This document shows positions 10,603-20,887 of a stretch of DNA of 64,000 bases, piece after piece. The notes beneath the pieces are model-generated. The model worked only from the letters and a program-made list of their open reading frames with translations. It ran no database searches and was not told where the DNA came from. The stretch's first letter is position 1. The number at the start of each line of letters is the position of its first letter. Both the position numbers and the translations under genes were made by a program. Source of the stretch: a virus (lineage: Duplodnaviria; Caudoviricetes); the IMG/VR virus record IMGVR_UViG_3300031867_000001, positions 128,001 to 192,000 of that record; one strand, given 5' to 3'.

Positions 10603-11211
10603 TTAATTATTTTCTTCATATTGTTTTAGGTTTGTATCAATGCTTTGTAGAAGAAGTGTATACAAAGCATCTACTTTTTGGAAGAACATGATGTTCTCAC
10701 CATACTTGGCATCAACAAATTTATTCAACATATAATCTTGACATTTCTCAAGAGTATTCCGTAAACGAGATACAGGTGTATCATTTAATTTGATGATGTC
10801 ATATGACAATACAGGATTGATCTTATTCAAATTCTCCAATATATTCTCAATCTCAGAATTACGCTCAATCATTTGTTGATATAACTTGTGATTCAGAACC
10901 GCATTTGCTTTATCGGATAATTTGGTATCATTTGCATTGTCATCGTTTGTTTGATCGTCCGATGATGAATCATCACCACCATCGAGTTGATCATCTTGTT
11001 GAGTTGTATCCCCATTTGATGAATCATCAAATGAACCAAGATCCAATGATGAATCATCAGCAGGTGGTGGTTCATCCATTCCATCTGGTGGAGCTGACTG
11101 CTCAGGTGCTGTATCAACACCTTGGTCTGGAGGAGTGTCAGTTCCACCATCGAATGGCTCAACCAAATCCCCATCAGCTTCCATAACCATCAGGAACAGA
11201 TCAGATGCCAT
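10603..11211 (-). CDS. Acidic scaffold-like/head protein
   Basis: Asp-rich disordered N-half plus helical C-terminus, directly upstream of the MCP; LMVME-A site; ATG after GGAGGTG. Confidence 0.55.
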   Translation of the reverse strand: MASDLFLMVMEADGDLVEPFDGGTDTPPDQGVDTAPEQSAPPDGMDEPPPADDSSLDLGSFDDSSNGDTTQQDDQLDGGDDSSSDDQTNDDNANDTKLSDKANAVLNHKLYQQMIERNSEIENILENLNKINPVLSYDIIKLNDTPVSRLRNTLEKCQDYMLNKFVDAKYGENIMFFQKVDALYTLLLQSIDTNLKQYEENN

Positions 11212-11225
11212 CGCAGTCACCTCCG

Positions 11226-13958
11226 TTAATTTACATTTTTGGCTTTAATAATCGGAGACTTTGTAACAGCAGCCGCTTGATTCTGCATCTTAACACGTAA
11301 ACGCATTAAACGATACTTCTCTTGCAATGCCGCTTTCTTTTGTTCTGGAGTACGAGCATAAGATGCTTTGTGATCCAGCTTTTCAATCCGATCATTAAGG
11401 ATTTCGATCTCAGTGACAAATTCTTCTTGGACTTCTTTACGAAGACGAGTATTTGCATCATACTCACGTTTGCCGAGTGCAACTGTTGCCATGAATCCCA
11501 TGTATGGATTCAATGCATATGCAATTGCAACCGCACCAAGTTTCATAGCCCACCGAGACGCTGTGAACACGCTGCTTCGATATGATGGAGAGTCAAGTAA
11601 TTCTTGCTTGACCTTATCATCATCTTGCTTGATCAAGTTGTCGACAAACTGGGTTAACCATGTTTTTGCACGATCAAACGGTCTGACAACAGCTTTACCA
11701 ATCGAAACACCAGCGTTCAATTGTTTCTTGGCTTCTTGTTGTTTAGCCAATGATTTACGATCAACATCCATTGCCGTTGTCAATAGATCCGGTTTTGGAC
11801 GATTGTTCGTATTGGCATCTTCCTTGACAAATAGGGGCTCTTCATTATATAAAAAAGAAAATACTTCTTGAATGGTTTTACCGGTGGAAAAGGTAGAATC
11901 ATCGTTTTTCGTATCTTCAGATTTTACATTTGATGAAGTATTTGTGGCAGAAGGTGTGCCATTATTATTACTGTTTGATGGGGTATTATTGATGCCTCCT
12001 TTAATCGTAGAATTCTTGATATCGTGAGAATTCTTGCGAATGGTTTTGTTTTCAGACATATCATTCGTTGTTCGATTAAAGGAATTATTGTAAGTAATGT
12101 TATAAACAATTTGTCCGTGCTTGTGCGGTTTCGATGGATCAACGGGATCAACATCCGCATCTTTACCAAATGCATCGTCCATGTCTTTACCGTCTTGACC
12201 AAATACATTTGCACGGGTTTCAACCGAATCCGCCAATTCATCAATTGGATTCTCGGGGATTCCATCCGGAACCGGTGCGTCTTCAACTTCCGTTTCAGCA
12301 TCCGAAGAATCACCGGGTGAATCTACTTGCATGCGGGTTTTCATATAATTGGGCAATTCACCATTCACCGCGGGTTTTACTTCTTGAATGAATTGTAATA
12401 CTTCAAGTGGTGAATATCCTTCATTGTAGAATCGATCTCCCAATGTATTGATTTCTTGATGGACGACATCCAAGAATTCTTCACACAGATGCATTTCCGA
12501 AATTGTCATGTCGGTACGTTTATCAATATAATTGTAAACATACTCGGTGACATCCGTCATGTTTTGTACGTCGTTATTCACCGTTTGATCAATTGGCTTT
12601 TTAGCCGCTTGATCATATGGATTGGATTTACGGGAGTTTGCATTCAACCGAGCACGGATGCTTTTGACAAAGTTGTCTTCATTCTTCCATTCATTCTCAC
12701 GAACGGATTGTGGCATGACATTATAAAGAATATCAAAATAGATCCGAGAATCAAAGATGTTAAACAAAATCAACAGCTCATGATTCTTGACGTATGCATT
12801 TGGATCCGATGCAAGACGCAATGTCAGAAAGTCTTCCAAGAATTGAAGCGTTCCTTCTTTGTCTGTTTTGAATACAGTAAACAGATCGTAATTCTTGAAA
12901 CGCTTCGCTCCATTGTTTTGTTTCATAATGGACGCATACGAATCGGTGTATTTCTTCAAGGCTTTGTCATCAAACACACGATTTGTGAATTTCTTGGGAT
13001 TGTCAAATACACGTGCCAGTATCACAGGCAACACCATGCAAGTATAATCATCAGGATTGATTTTATTTGCATTTGTATTAATGAATTCTTCAATGTCTTC
13101 GACAGTGTCACATGTTTTCAATCCAGCCAACAAACGTGTGATTGCAGCAGTGAATTGTTTTGAGATTTGCCACTTCTTGGAATCTTCATGATATCGAATG
13201 TGTGGTGGATTTGTTTCTTCAAAAAAATTAATCTCCGCACGTTCGATCAAATATGATTCGGCAACCACCGAATTACCATCATCACCATTATCACCACGAT
13301 CATCAACAACGATTTCAATATCGGTTCGATCTTTTGATTTCTTGATTCTTTCAATCTCAATTTCCGGTTTCAATACATTTGGTGCATTGATATATTCCGA
13401 ATGTAAAACACCTTTGACATATGTGGAAACATCAAACAGTTTGTATCCTTCATCACCAGTCAACATGTTCACAATATTCTCACCAAGTTCATTCAATGAA
13501 ATTGGTTCGGAAAATGTATTGATTACATTTGCATACTTGGATGGAGTTGTGAACAGTTCCAATGAATAGATTCCTTCAAAGAGTTCTTCAATACCACTTT
13601 TATGTTCACTCATAAATTGCAGCATCTTATATCCAACGAATGAATCAATCAATGATTGGGTTTCTGGTTCTAAAGAAAACTCATTATCTGTATCCGCATC
13701 TTCTGATGTAATTTCATCCAATGCTTTATGAATTTCTTGTAAAGCATCTTCAATTTTGGATGTATCATCAATCCATGTTGGATCAATCGATTCCATCCAT
13801 TTTAAGATACCAAGCATTGTTGGTTCTATTTCCACATCATCTTCATCCAGCATTGGAAAGTTCTTTGTTTTATATTCAGATTGAAAGAAAGCATTTAACG
13901 ATTCAACACATTTTGCAAAATTTGTAAAATATGTATTCTTTACTGTAATTTGAATCAT
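11226..13958 (-). CDS. Large head/virion protein
   Basis: 910 aa between protease and MCP. Candidate sites VVAE-S, FIQE-V, TIQE-V, FVKE-D; C-terminal hydrophobic segment and coiled coil. Confidence 0.6.
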   Translation of the reverse strand: MIQITVKNTYFTNFAKCVESLNAFFQSEYKTKNFPMLDEDDVEIEPTMLGILKWMESIDPTWIDDTSKIEDALQEIHKALDEITSEDADTDNEFSLEPETQSLIDSFVGYKMLQFMSEHKSGIEELFEGIYSLELFTTPSKYANVINTFSEPISLNELGENIVNMLTGDEGYKLFDVSTYVKGVLHSEYINAPNVLKPEIEIERIKKSKDRTDIEIVVDDRGDNGDDGNSVVAESYLIERAEINFFEETNPPHIRYHEDSKKWQISKQFTAAITRLLAGLKTCDTVEDIEEFINTNANKINPDDYTCMVLPVILARVFDNPKKFTNRVFDDKALKKYTDSYASIMKQNNGAKRFKNYDLFTVFKTDKEGTLQFLEDFLTLRLASDPNAYVKNHELLILFNIFDSRIYFDILYNVMPQSVRENEWKNEDNFVKSIRARLNANSRKSNPYDQAAKKPIDQTVNNDVQNMTDVTEYVYNYIDKRTDMTISEMHLCEEFLDVVHQEINTLGDRFYNEGYSPLEVLQFIQEVKPAVNGELPNYMKTRMQVDSPGDSSDAETEVEDAPVPDGIPENPIDELADSVETRANVFGQDGKDMDDAFGKDADVDPVDPSKPHKHGQIVYNITYNNSFNRTTNDMSENKTIRKNSHDIKNSTIKGGINNTPSNSNNNGTPSATNTSSNVKSEDTKNDDSTFSTGKTIQEVFSFLYNEEPLFVKEDANTNNRPKPDLLTTAMDVDRKSLAKQQEAKKQLNAGVSIGKAVVRPFDRAKTWLTQFVDNLIKQDDDKVKQELLDSPSYRSSVFTASRWAMKLGAVAIAYALNPYMGFMATVALGKREYDANTRLRKEVQEEFVTEIEILNDRIEKLDHKASYARTPEQKKAALQEKYRLMRLRVKMQNQAAAVTKSPIIKAKNVN

Positions 13959-13963
13959 TCGTA

Positions 13964-14842
13964 TTAGCTCCTTCCACGCAGAATATTCATTGCCTCTCTG
14001 TAAGTATCTCCCTTCAACGGAACAGCGATTCTGGAACGATCATGAGAATCAATAATGATATTACCATTTGCAATACCAGTGATCTCGTCCATAGAAATCT
14101 CAAAGGATTCCATAATGACGTTCATACCCTCATCCTTGTCTGCACAATACTGAGCCAACTCCTGTAAGAATACAACACGTCCATATCCATTCTCATCACC
14201 TTCAAGATTCATCTGATATGACTCATTGAAACTACGTGGAGTGATGTCTGCATTCGCATCATGATGAGACGGGAAGTTCACACAGTCGAATGTGATAACC
14301 TTATTGACTCTGATGTTGGGAGAATTCGGACGTGCATTCGGAATCATATTTCCAAGTAAACGAACAGAATACGATGGTACGGCACCCTGATCAAGAATCA
14401 ATGAGGCAACATACTTACCAGCATCATTTGTTGCTTGTGTGGTGATATGACCCTTGTAACGATCACCCTCCAGTCGGGGTTTGGAAATGTATGAACAAAT
14501 GTTCAATGGCTTTGGGATTGTCATACGGATGTCACTCAATTGCTCCCCTTTATTTAGAGGCGATGGATGATCCAGCTCTTGACCCCATTTGTTCTGTCTT
14601 AAGAGAGTCTGGATTCTTTCATCATTGTCGATACATGAAACAAGGTTTTGTGCATCATATCGACGTCCCATTCTGTTATAACAATTGAATGTCTGGAGTG
14701 TTGCATCAAATTCAACAATCGGTGTACCAAATGCGGATTGACGAACCGTGTATCCACCGGGTTTCAGTTCAGAAGACTGTGGAGACTCTTGGATGAAACA
14801 CGCTGTTTCGTACTGATTCGTTTGAGTACTCTTTAACGGCAT
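13964..14842 (-). CDS. Prohead core serine protease (T4 gp21 / phiKZ gp175-like)
   Basis: Motifs NRMGRRY, GQELDHP, SYSVRLLG and TFDCVNFPSH match the gp21-type protease pattern. Confidence 0.9.
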   Translation of the reverse strand: MPLKSTQTNQYETACFIQESPQSSELKPGGYTVRQSAFGTPIVEFDATLQTFNCYNRMGRRYDAQNLVSCIDNDERIQTLLRQNKWGQELDHPSPLNKGEQLSDIRMTIPKPLNICSYISKPRLEGDRYKGHITTQATNDAGKYVASLILDQGAVPSYSVRLLGNMIPNARPNSPNIRVNKVITFDCVNFPSHHDANADITPRSFNESYQMNLEGDENGYGRVVFLQELAQYCADKDEGMNVIMESFEISMDEITGIANGNIIIDSHDRSRIAVPLKGDTYREAMNILRGRS

Positions 14843-14895
14843 ACTATACCATTCCTTTCGTAATTAATGTATTCATTGAATATATATGATCAATG

Positions 14896-14908
14896 TTAAT
14901 GATTCGTT
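14896..14908 (-). promoter_or_regulatory. Putative late promoter AACG-AATCAT-TAA
   Basis: Identical 13-mer at 51558-51570; upstream of the protease-capsid operon; resembles the AR9 late consensus AACA-N6-TA. Confidence 0.55.
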
Positions 14909-14924
14909 TTCACAAGAAAAAAGA

Positions 14925-14945
14925 ACCCCGCTTGTGATGCGGGGT
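14925..14945 (-). terminator. Intrinsic terminator hairpin
   Basis: ACCCCGC...GCGGGGT followed by a U-tract on the minus strand. Confidence 0.7.
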
Positions 14946-15075
14946 CCTTTGCCAGTTATGATAGTTTTTCAGCTTCAATGTTCTTGCGAACTTGATGAAT
15001 ATTTCGATATTGGTCATAATAACATTCTCCATTTCTCCGGGACACTTTTAGGGGGTCCCGGGTTCCCTATCTTGG

Positions 15076-15582
15076 TTACTCATCTGGAGTAATTTGATCT
15101 TGCTCGTTTTTATGTAATACACCTGTCTGTACCATATCCTGAAAAAGTCTCTCATAGAATGTGCGTTTTTCTGGGGTTATGTTATGGATATCACTTACAA
15201 GAATGCGAGTGATTCCATCATTACCGTTACACAACTGGAAAACGTCTAATACTTTTGAAATGTTTTCAGAACAAATTACTGTACAATGCACAGTAATACA
15301 TTTGTAACCATTTTCAACAACGATGTTGCTATCATCCAGATAATAGCGTTGTTTGTCTAACGCTATTGTGTCAAATGCCTTCTTATATTTTCTAATATAG
15401 GCTTTGCATACTGCGTTTCGCAGCAACCTTCGGATCGTGGTATAATACACGTATTTTCTCCCGTTGTCATCATAGATAGACAGTGCATTTCCTCTTTCAC
15501 AAACGATTTTCTCTTCGAGCAAATCGGGTTCATTACCTTCGAATTTAGCGTCGATGAATGTGATCGTGAGCTTTCTTTCCAT
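15076..15582 (-). CDS. Hypothetical protein
   Basis: AAGGAGG SD; 168 aa. Confidence 0.75.
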   Translation of the reverse strand: MERKLTITFIDAKFEGNEPDLLEEKIVCERGNALSIYDDNGRKYVYYTTIRRLLRNAVCKAYIRKYKKAFDTIALDKQRYYLDDSNIVVENGYKCITVHCTVICSENISKVLDVFQLCNGNDGITRILVSDIHNITPEKRTFYERLFQDMVQTGVLHKNEQDQITPDE

Positions 15583-15616
15583 ACTAATTCCTCCTTAAAG
15601 GTGTGAGATGCCGCTG

Positions 15617-16445
15617 TTACGCGGCATCTCTATTGTTTAATACTTCATTGGCGAGTTCGATCGCACGGTCGATGGAGTCGACCGTGATCATGGTCCGCCA
15701 GTTAACCATGAAGGTTACACCTTCGGGCTTGGTGGTGAGCCACTCTGCAGGGAAGAGACCCTTGCCCTGGGGAATCTGAAGATTCCACGTTCCAGGATCA
15801 CGTCCAGGGAACACGACCGCGATGACATCATCACGCTTCTTCATATAACCCTGCCAAGGCACGAACTTTGTCAGGATCATAACACCATTGCGTACTTCAA
15901 CGGTGTCAAGTACTTCGTCCACGTTAAGACGCGCTTCGTCCTTGCGGATGATACGATCTACGAGTGGCTGAAGCCATTCGAGAGCCTCGAAGAATGCTTC
16001 ACCCATGGGTGAAGTCTTCCTCATCCCAATTGGGAGCAAACGATCTGATCGCTGCTCCAAGCGGAGTCCACTTGACTCCAGTGTCATGCAGGTCAACTGC
16101 ATGTACCAGTTCAGTCAGCCCCGCATAGTCCTTGGTGCGACCGAATGTCTCCCACATCCGACCGACAGCTGCCTTTACAGCAGCAGGGTCGGACTCTGTG
16201 TTGTATACGTCCTGGTGGTGGTCAAAAAGCCACCTTTCGGGATCGTACACTTTGCCGACATCTGCGATCACGACGCCGTTCTCAGGACCGGCGGTATTGA
16301 GACTGGGGTTGTTTAACCGAACCACCTCAACGTCGGGAAACTCGTGACGAATGATCGCCACAGTCAGAAGATCATCCAAGTGGAATACACCACCGTGAAC
16401 GATAACTTTGCGGATGCTACCTACAGACTCATTGAAAATAGACAT
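15617..16445 (-). pseudogene. MYG1/UPF0160-family (DHH superfamily) exonuclease split by a frameshift near 16004
   Basis: The 5' part (16445-15999) has HGGVFHLDD, DVGKVYDP, FDHHQ and FAPNWD. The 3' part in another frame (16006-15617) has EAFFEAL, VPWQ and VFPGR..W, the typical MYG1 C-terminal half. Confidence 0.75.
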
Positions 16446-16505
16446 GAGATCTCCTCCTTAAGAATGATTAGGTTTTTCGGAAAGGTTTGAAATTTCTTTC
16501 TATAC

Positions 16506-16538
16506 CATATTAATTATATATATTTCAAATTTTAATAT
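16506..16538 (-). promoter_or_regulatory. Putative early promoter ATATTAAAATTTGAAATATATATAATTAATATG
   Basis: 33-nt exact copy at 52115-52147; variants at 23517, 30341, 54837 and 37131; always upstream of minus-strand accessory genes. Confidence 0.7.
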
Positions 16539-16550
16539 AATAAATTTAAG

Positions 16551-16572
16551 GATGGGGGCATATGCCCCCATC
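16551..16572. terminator. Perfect palindrome GATGGGGGCATATGCCCCCATC
   Basis: Immediately 3' of the 16578-17804 gene. Confidence 0.75.
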
Positions 16573-16577
16573 ACATA

Positions 16578-17804
16578 TCATTGTTTTACTTGATTGATTT
16601 TCATCAGAATGAATGTTGCTAATAAACAAATATAAGCACGTGTGTATTCATCTTTACATTTGTACTTCTTTGAGAATGGAGCAACGACTGGTTTACCGGC
16701 AATTGCACGATCAACCGCTGTTGGGAAGTTTGTGATTCTACCAATATACTTTGAAGAATTGATATCTTTGATTTCATTTCCTTCTTTGGTAATGAATACA
16801 TACAGAATCAAATCCAATATATTGGAGATGTCTTCTTTCTCAACACGTTGTGCCAATTCAAACAATTCGTTTTGTTTCACATTCTTCTGTTGAGCAATGG
16901 CTTTGTACAACCGACCATTGTTATGGTAATCCCGATCTCCTTGACGAATCATACGCAATAATGTATTACGTATACCAGATGTGGATTTTGTTTCAACATA
17001 TTCGGTATCATCTCCACTCTTGATATCATCACCGATTTTATTACCATTATCCAAATTATCATGGTAACGTTGTGCCAACAAACGCATGTTCTGATTGAAT
17101 GATGTACGAACACGATTCAAGAAATTGAATAATGTCGTTGGAGTCATATCCAGTGATAAAGATGAACGGAAGAATGCAAAACAAGAATCAACCGTACCAC
17201 CAATCCAATTGATTACATTTTCACTTTTAACCAAGTTCCATGTATGGTCCAATTGCATGTACGTATATGTCATGACCGGGACGGACGGTTCTGCTTTTTG
17301 GAAATATTTATTAAAGATCAATGCATAAATTGTCAATCCAAGTTGTTGACGTGCCGAATCACGTAATTGGCGATTACCGGACATGTCGGAATAATATAAC
17401 GCAATTGCATGAATGATGTTGGATGGTGTTTGTGTGATTGTTTTAAAGTCAGCAGATGAACTGACAAACTTACCCATCTCTTTTACGATTTGTGTGATCT
17501 CGCTCTTTGTAAAGCCAAACAATTCAAAGATGTGATCAACATACTTTCTTGGATAGATAACACGTTTCGTTGGAAACTCACGTGCAAGCATTTCTGCATT
17601 TGCATCCAAAAAATCAACACCATATTTGATGTATTCATTTCGATTTTTTGGTACTGATAATACATCAATGATTGGATCGATTAATTTCGTCTTTAAGAAC
17701 AATGATGCTTCTGTTGGTTTAGAATTGTTTCCTTCCATAATCATGGCGAACAATTCCGATTGCTCTTCATAAATATCAACACCATCTGATTCCATAAAAA
17801 ACAT
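16578..17804 (-). CDS. Conserved jumbo-phage virion protein (possibly phiKZ gp174-like)
   Basis: ATG after GAGGTG; N-terminal FFME-S. Position near the protease and small beta fragment recalls phiKZ gp174-176; homology not verified. Confidence 0.45.
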   Translation of the reverse strand: MFFMESDGVDIYEEQSELFAMIMEGNNSKPTEASLFLKTKLIDPIIDVLSVPKNRNEYIKYGVDFLDANAEMLAREFPTKRVIYPRKYVDHIFELFGFTKSEITQIVKEMGKFVSSSADFKTITQTPSNIIHAIALYYSDMSGNRQLRDSARQQLGLTIYALIFNKYFQKAEPSVPVMTYTYMQLDHTWNLVKSENVINWIGGTVDSCFAFFRSSLSLDMTPTTLFNFLNRVRTSFNQNMRLLAQRYHDNLDNGNKIGDDIKSGDDTEYVETKSTSGIRNTLLRMIRQGDRDYHNNGRLYKAIAQQKNVKQNELFELAQRVEKEDISNILDLILYVFITKEGNEIKDINSSKYIGRITNFPTAVDRAIAGKPVVAPFSKKYKCKDEYTRAYICLLATFILMKINQVKQ

Positions 17805-17819
17805 TTGTGAAATCACCTC

Positions 17820-18392
17820 TTACTGGTTATTGTTATTATGCTTCTTTCTGTTACGACGATTACGTCTGATGTTGTTGATGGTATCTTCTTTGGTTGATGA
17901 TGCTTCATCGGCGGTTGTTTCATTCTCAACAGTGGTGGTTGTTTCAACAACTTCATCAGAAACGGCTACAACAATATCATCATTTGTAACACTTTCATCA
18001 ACAATTACTTCATCATTCGATACTTCTTCCACCATCGTTGTTTCTTCTTCCGCAGGTTCAGGTGTTTCAGTATGTACAACCGGTTCGGGAACGATTGTTT
18101 TTGTTTCAACAACCGGAACGTTTTCCTTCGGAATTGGTTTGATAACAACCTTCTCCATCTTAGGAACGTTGATATTGAGTCTATTAGCAGCCTCTTTCTC
18201 TTCAAGCTCAATCTTTGCAAACTCACACACATTCTTTGTTGTGATTTGTAAACCAGATTCACAATCAAACACACGAAATACACGATATGCCAAAATACGT
18301 TGAATCAGCGCAATATCGGCTTCACGATTATAAACCGGAGCAAGTGCGTTAATACCCGGAACTCTACCTCTACCCGTAACATTTATCTTCAT
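17820..18392 (-). CDS. Hypothetical protein with E/T/V-rich low-complexity tail and basic C-terminus
   Basis: AAGGAGAG SD; 190 aa. Confidence 0.75.
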   Translation of the reverse strand: MKINVTGRGRVPGINALAPVYNREADIALIQRILAYRVFRVFDCESGLQITTKNVCEFAKIELEEKEAANRLNINVPKMEKVVIKPIPKENVPVVETKTIVPEPVVHTETPEPAEEETTMVEEVSNDEVIVDESVTNDDIVVAVSDEVVETTTTVENETTADEASSTKEDTINNIRRNRRNRKKHNNNNQ

Positions 18393-18421
18393 ATAAAATC
18401 TCTCCTTTTATAATATAATGA

Positions 18422-19171
18422 TTAATCATCATGCATTGCAGCACGAATCTTATCGACACTGTAATACGATGGGGATACAATATCGGTTTTGAAACCCATC
18501 AACTTGAAATACAAATCTGCTTGTAACAAAGATGGTTTATCAAATTGATTCGTCTTGATATCGCTTAACTTAACCGATCCAGTTGACGAAATCTCTTCCA
18601 ACATATTATCATACTCAGCAACATTATCTGCACGAGCTCCACATATTTCAGATAATACATTGGTTGCACCCATACCTGCAAGCAACTCATTCTCAATTGC
18701 AGTCATTGTACCAGCCTTGGAATCGCCACGCAATTGACCGGATTCTTCATCACGTTTTTTATCGTCCAAAGCCAAACCAGTCTTCTTGGAAACGAGCTGT
18801 TGTACACGTTTGATATTTAAGTATCCAACCAGTACGGGTTGTTTTGTACGAACTGGACGATTTGGATCGGATGATAAATGTGGAATATAAACGTATTCGT
18901 ACAATGGAATGTTCAAGAACTTAGCGGCTTTATCAATGTTCTCATATTTCAATACACGAGAACCATCACCAAATTCTTCAATATCCAAACGAAAGTTTGA
19001 TTTATCATCTGCCAAGAACTTTGTAATCCAATTCGTGAATTGAACGTCCGACATGGATGCAAACATTGCTTGATATTTCTTTGCATTAATTCCAGTCGGG
19101 TCCATCAAATTCATTGTTTGAATGACTTTGAATTCGATCTTCTTTCGTTTTTCTTTGATATCTGTAGCCAA
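18422..19171 (-). CDS. RNA polymerase beta subunit C-terminal fragment (phiKZ gp176 / SPN3US gp244-like, probably virion RNAP)
   Basis: PVLVGYLNIKRVQQLVSKK...GQLRGDSKAG.MTAIE.ELL.GMGA...L.E...ARAD aligns with the C-terminal conserved regions of RpoB. Confidence 0.8.
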   Translation of the reverse strand: MATDIKEKRKKIEFKVIQTMNLMDPTGINAKKYQAMFASMSDVQFTNWITKFLADDKSNFRLDIEEFGDGSRVLKYENIDKAAKFLNIPLYEYVYIPHLSSDPNRPVRTKQPVLVGYLNIKRVQQLVSKKTGLALDDKKRDEESGQLRGDSKAGTMTAIENELLAGMGATNVLSEICGARADNVAEYDNMLEEISSTGSVKLSDIKTNQFDKPSLLQADLYFKLMGFKTDIVSPSYYSVDKIRAAMHDD

Positions 19172-19214
19172 TGAAGTTTCCTCCTTTCATATCAATGAAT
19201 TTTACATGGAGGAT

Positions 19215-20873
19215 TTAGTCCTCCATGTAATCTCCGAATACATTTTCGTATGAATAATATTCCGACATAAATTCTTCGAAACATTCATGGACATATTTCT
19301 TTACAAAATCATGTCTCATTTGCGTCGACTCATTCGGTTTGGTATCTTTTAATATTCTCATTCTATATTTAAATTCTTTTTCAAGATCTTTCTTTGCTTT
19401 ATCATATTTTTCTTTGTATTGAACAAGTTTGTCATTAGAAGATATGAAATTCTTCACTTCGTCAAAAAGATTTAAGTTTTGTTTTAATTTTTCCAATGTA
19501 TCAGAATACTTTTCTCGAGTATACTCAGACAATTCCTCAAATTCTGTATCAAAGCTTTCATATTTACTAATTAAAATTCGATTGAAGGCCCTGAGCTTAT
19601 AAAGACTCGACTTTCTGACTTCTGCATAAGATTTAATCTCTTTTAAGATATCATTTATTTTTGACATAGCTTTATTGATTTCAGCCGTGCCTTCTTCTAT
19701 GTAATGTTTAAGCCAAGAGCGATTTGGGTTTTCTTCAAGATCCTTTTTATCACTGTCCACACGTTTTTTGTAAAATTCGATATCATGTTCAGCATTATCT
19801 TTATCATGCATTAAATCTTCGAGACGTTCTATATTTTCTAACAACTCATCATTCACGGACGCACGTTCGTTCCGAATCAATTTATCAATCGAATCATAAA
19901 AATTCCCATATGTATTGATGACAGATTTTAAGTATTGATAAAGTTGTTTTCCGGATTTAATTTTTACAACCGCTTCTTTAAATTTATCAATAAATTTTAA
20001 GCTTTGTATTATTTTATAATTCTGCTTAATTTCGTAATCAATTGACATTCTACCCATTTCCATCGATTTCTGCATATCGACATACCATCTTTCGATTTCT
20101 TTGCTGGTAACACCACGTGTTGCACCAGAACGTTTTACCGCACGTTTTCTACCAGCATACTTTGTACGTACTCTGGCGGTTTTAGCTGCATGAAGATCGG
20201 CTTCAATTTCTTCCGGATTTTTCTTTGGACCCCCTCCACCAATACCAAAAAATCCAGTTTGACCAGGCATCATATATGATCCATCATCATGTGTATTAAT
20301 ATTCTTACCGGAATCGATAGCTTGACGAATATGTTTAATTCCTCTTTCGTTTGGATCCTCACCACGTTGCCAATGATCGCTTTGACCAGTTACGTCAAAT
20401 TTATTATGTCCTTTTTCATGTTGAAGTGTTAATACCCGTTCGGTTTGATGTTTATTTCTATTTTCAATATTAATCGATTTTGCATACGGGCTGTATTGGG
20501 ATCCCTCGGCATTGTTGATATTAAACTTTACTCTGTGACCTTCAGCATCGGATTTGATGGTGTTGGTTTTTGGATCAAAATCTTGCATGATTAAAAAATT
20601 ACGCAATGCACGTGCTTTCTTTGCAGCAGCTGGAGATTTTGCATTAACATCACCCCAGTTATGTTTCTTCATGTATGCATCAATCTCGTCTGCTTTCTTA
20701 CGACGAACGGTTGCCTCCATGAACATATCAAACATTTCCGAAACATATTCGTCCAAAGCATCATTACCATATCCAGCGTATTCCAACATCATGTCTGCTT
20801 TATCCAAACATGAAAGCATTGCTTCTACAACATTATCTTCTGATTGTTGCATTAACATATCTAATTCATACAT
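19215..20873 (-). CDS. Putative head protein with zincin-like metallopeptidase motif
   Basis: Acidic Met-rich N-terminal segment ending MFME-A; HEKGH (HExxH) followed by EEIEADLHA; coiled-coil C-half. Confidence 0.6.
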   Translation of the reverse strand: MYELDMLMQQSEDNVVEAMLSCLDKADMMLEYAGYGNDALDEYVSEMFDMFMEATVRRKKADEIDAYMKKHNWGDVNAKSPAAAKKARALRNFLIMQDFDPKTNTIKSDAEGHRVKFNINNAEGSQYSPYAKSINIENRNKHQTERVLTLQHEKGHNKFDVTGQSDHWQRGEDPNERGIKHIRQAIDSGKNINTHDDGSYMMPGQTGFFGIGGGGPKKNPEEIEADLHAAKTARVRTKYAGRKRAVKRSGATRGVTSKEIERWYVDMQKSMEMGRMSIDYEIKQNYKIIQSLKFIDKFKEAVVKIKSGKQLYQYLKSVINTYGNFYDSIDKLIRNERASVNDELLENIERLEDLMHDKDNAEHDIEFYKKRVDSDKKDLEENPNRSWLKHYIEEGTAEINKAMSKINDILKEIKSYAEVRKSSLYKLRAFNRILISKYESFDTEFEELSEYTREKYSDTLEKLKQNLNLFDEVKNFISSNDKLVQYKEKYDKAKKDLEKEFKYRMRILKDTKPNESTQMRHDFVKKYVHECFEEFMSEYYSYENVFGDYMED

Positions 20874-20887
20874 AAAACATCGTCCTT

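Noticed and set aside
14910-15017. 35-aa minus-strand ORF MTNIEIFIKFARTLKLK with GGAG SD
   Set aside because: It reads through the terminator hairpin and has no supporting paralogue; possibly a gene remnant.
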